Source: an uncultured cyanobacterium
GTDB taxonomy: Bacteria; Cyanobacteriota; Cyanobacteriia; PCC-9006; JAAUQQ01
DNA length: 64,000 nt
Assembly (NCBI GenBank): GCA_963718615.1
Contig: OY970368.1
Span: 2,880,001 to 2,944,000 of the forward strand
Reading direction: 5' to 3'
In this document: positions 61,674 to 64,000 of the stretch, one piece after another
Layout of the letters: each line of letters opens with the position of its first letter
How positions within the stretch are numbered: the first letter of the stretch is position 1
Made by a program: the position numbers and the translations under genes
The notes under the pieces: model-generated
The model's input: the letters and a program-made list of their open reading frames with translations, nothing else
The model's database searches: none
Told to the model about the DNA's origin: nothing

Positions 61674-62967
61674 TCATTCCCTCTCGTTTGAATCCTCGTT
61701 TGAATCCTCGTTTGAACCCTGGTGTGAGCCATAGTGCAGCATTAACCAAGCCTCGATCGCGTCACCTTGCTGACGTATACGATCTGGGTCCGGGACAATA
61801 TTCAATGACTGCTGACTCCAAACCACAAGTGCGCTTAGCAACGCTTCCCTGGCCCGGAGCAAATAGCGCGCCACCGAGGGTTGAGAACAGCCCATCTGCT
61901 TGGCGATCTGAGATTGAATTAAACCCTGACGATAGTACAGCTCCAGTACCCTTTTCCAGTCGGGTTTAAGGGTGGGAATAGCCTGTTCTAGGACTTGATA
62001 GAGCTGCGATCGCTGCTGCCGTCGTTCGTTCAGCTCCTCCTGAGCAATCAAATTCGTTAACAACGAAGGACTCCCCATAGATCCTTCCAGGGGGAATGCT
62101 GCGAGCGGGATCCGCGACCCGCTCCAAACGCTCTTCTCCCTCCTCGCCAAACTGCATTTGATTGAGCGATTGAACCGGAGGATAAAGATAGTTCCGCAAC
62201 CAACGGGCCGTTTGGGCTAGCCATTGTTCGAGTTGCTGGGGCGTTGCTCGGGGTTGCTCGGGGGATTGGGTTTGGTTGTAGGCTTGGGCGATCGCCTGCC
62301 AATCTTCTGGAGCGGGAGCTACCTGCCGTTTTGTTCCTCCCGGTCCCGGTCCAATCACCCACCCCTCTCGGAAGCAGAGCCAAGCCCACAGATAACGCTG
62401 TTGAAGACTGGGAGAAAGAGATTGTTGATTGAAGGTTTCTTGCAACCGTTTGCGGCTCGTTCGTCGCAATAGGGACCAGTCGCTACAAACATCTAAGGCC
62501 TTTTGCTGTCGCACCGCATCCTTAAGTCGATGGGTAAATGCCAGCTCGGCATAGGTCTCTAAATTGGCACCCCGATCCGGTGAAAACCCCGCAAGAACTT
62601 TCGGAAACTGGGATTGAGCAATCTGAAAATAGTCCGCTAGGGTTTGATACGAAACCGTTACAAACTGTGCCATTTTTTGATGAAACCGATAGCTAGCCCA
62701 GTAGCAGGACTCTTGAACATAGGCGAGCAGATGTTGGGATGGCGTGACGGGGGATGGGGTAGCGGGGGATGAAGACTGGATCTGCTGCCGATACTGCTTA
62801 TACCAGTAATGCTCCCAGGCGATTTTGGCAGTTTGTTGGGGTTGGAGCTGCAACGCTTGTACCATTTTCCGTTTGAGCATTGGATCCCGGCTCCACCGGC
62901 TGGCGGTCCCGGCTTCGAGCTGAAGGAACGTTGAAAAGAGATCAACGAGGTCTTGCCGAGGGCGCAT
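61674..62967 (-). pseudogene. Sigma-70-family-like factor split by one frameshift near 62090-62110
   Basis: ORF 62967-61966 (MRPRQ..FSTFLQ, HLLAYVQESCYW, CSDWSLLRR) continues in another frame as SLLTNLIAQEE..LELYYRQGLIQSQIAKQMGCSQPSVARYL (region 4 HTH). Confidence 0.8.
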
Positions 62968-63067
62968 AGGAGAAAATTAGCCAATCAAAACAACAGACGG
63001 GGATTCCACAACGGTCATCTAAATCGGATTTAGCACAACCTCAGTTTAATGATACGATCGCCAACAA

Positions 63068-63212
63068 GCTAGGGGTGCTCAATTCGGAGGCGCTAAACGT
63101 CAACCTTGCCGCAGACTGTGTGGTTTCGGGCCGTGACGCTTAACAATTCTTCGAACTGAGCTGAGATTACACCCTGAGAACCTGAGACTGGTTAGCACCA
63201 GCGGAGGGAAGC
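63068..63212 (+). ncRNA. TPP (THI-box) riboswitch
   Basis: GCTAGGGGTGCTC...GAGCTGAGATTACACCCTGAGAACCTGAGACTGGTTAGCACCAGCGGAGGGAAGC. Confidence 0.9.
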
Positions 63213-63234
63213 GTTAATTAGAGGTACAGAAAAC

Positions 63235-64000
63235 ATGTCCATGGGTGCTGTAGCGGTGCTAGTCACCGTCGCCACTGCTGCTGTTTTTACATTGCTGGCA
63301 GTGCTTTACGTCAGTCGTCAGCAGTTGAGTTTAGAGGAATACACCACGAGTCGAAACCAGTTCGGCGTTCGTGCCACAACTGCAACGATGGTGGCTTCGG
63401 CCATGGGAGCTTGGATTTTATTTAGCCCCCCGGAGGCCGGATCCGCGTTTGGAGGGGTCAGTGCCATTTTAGGCTACGGCATTGCCTCCGCCCTTGCAGT
63501 GGCTAGCTTTGCGATTTTGGGACCCCGTTTGCGTCGCCTCATGCCGAAGGGACATTCGCTGACGGAATATGCACGCCATCGCTATGGCTGGCCGATGTAT
63601 TGGCTGACCGAAGGGGTGATGGTGTTGTATATGTTTGTTTATTTGGCGGCGGAGTTGACGGCGATCGCCAAAGCCCTCCAACTGCTCGCCGATGTGCCCC
63701 TAGGAATTACCGCCTTAGTCATCATTACCGCCGTATTTATCTACACCACCTACGGCGGTCTTCAGGCGACGATTTACACCGATCGCCTCCAGTTTTTTGT
63801 GATTGTGCCGCTGTTACTGTTAGCCTTTGTGGCTGCGGTGGTTGGCCTCGGAGGCTGGGAATCGGCAACGGCCCCGGTGATTGCCGCAGCGCCGGAGGTT
63901 GCGAATCTGGGCAATGGAGATGGAATTCGGTTTGGCTGGACATTGGTCATTGCCATTGTTGCTGCCGAGCTGTTTAACCAAGGAAATTGGCAGAGAGTTT
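63235..64000 (+). CDS. Na+:solute symporter (ThiV-like thiamine-precursor transporter), partial
   Basis: Absent from the ORF track because it runs off the window. ATG 63235 after GAGG; ASAMGAWILFSPPEAG, YTTYGGLQATIYTD SSS motifs; downstream of TPP riboswitch. Confidence 0.8.
   Translation, partial: MSMGAVAVLVTVATAAVFTLLAVLYVSRQQLSLEEYTTSRNQFGVRATTATMVASAMGAWILFSPPEAGSAFGGVSAILGYGIASALAVASFAILGPRLRRLMPKGHSLTEYARHRYGWPMYWLTEGVMVLYMFVYLAAELTAIAKALQLLADVPLGITALVIITAVFIYTTYGGLQATIYTDRLQFFVIVPLLLLAFVAAVVGLGGWESATAPVIAAAPEVANLGNGDGIRFGWTLVIAIVAAELFNQGNWQRV

Overview
Cyanobacterial chromosomal segment, judged from dense HIP1 octamers (GCGATCGC) and cyanobacteria-type mrp, devBCA, desC, hpf and DUF928/DUF1822/DUF4278 genes. 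Most of the window is housekeeping or envelope genes. Four loci stand out. (1) 7.2-13.0 kb is an AT-rich, HIP1-free island with a multi-domain FtsK/EssC-like ATPase and three coupled WXG100/ESAT-6-like genes, a type VII secretion-like module in a diderm. An IS1 element cuts off its 5' end and abuts a half-deleted IS5 element. (2) A TetR protein fused to a catalytically degenerate tyrosine-recombinase fold lies divergent from desC, with three palindromic operators between them. (3) 48-63 kb holds a tightly coupled sigma70-like (frameshifted) / DUF1822 / CHAT-CHASE2 / DUF928 operon near an exported TPR-CHAT, an RTX protein and a mosaic filamentous-haemagglutinin gene, a candidate protease-triggered sigma cascade. 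(4) A TPP riboswitch with an enlarged P3 precedes a ThiV-like Na+:solute symporter. Short 10-16 bp tandem duplications recur at gene starts and ends throughout. All calls come from reading motifs; no database searches were run.
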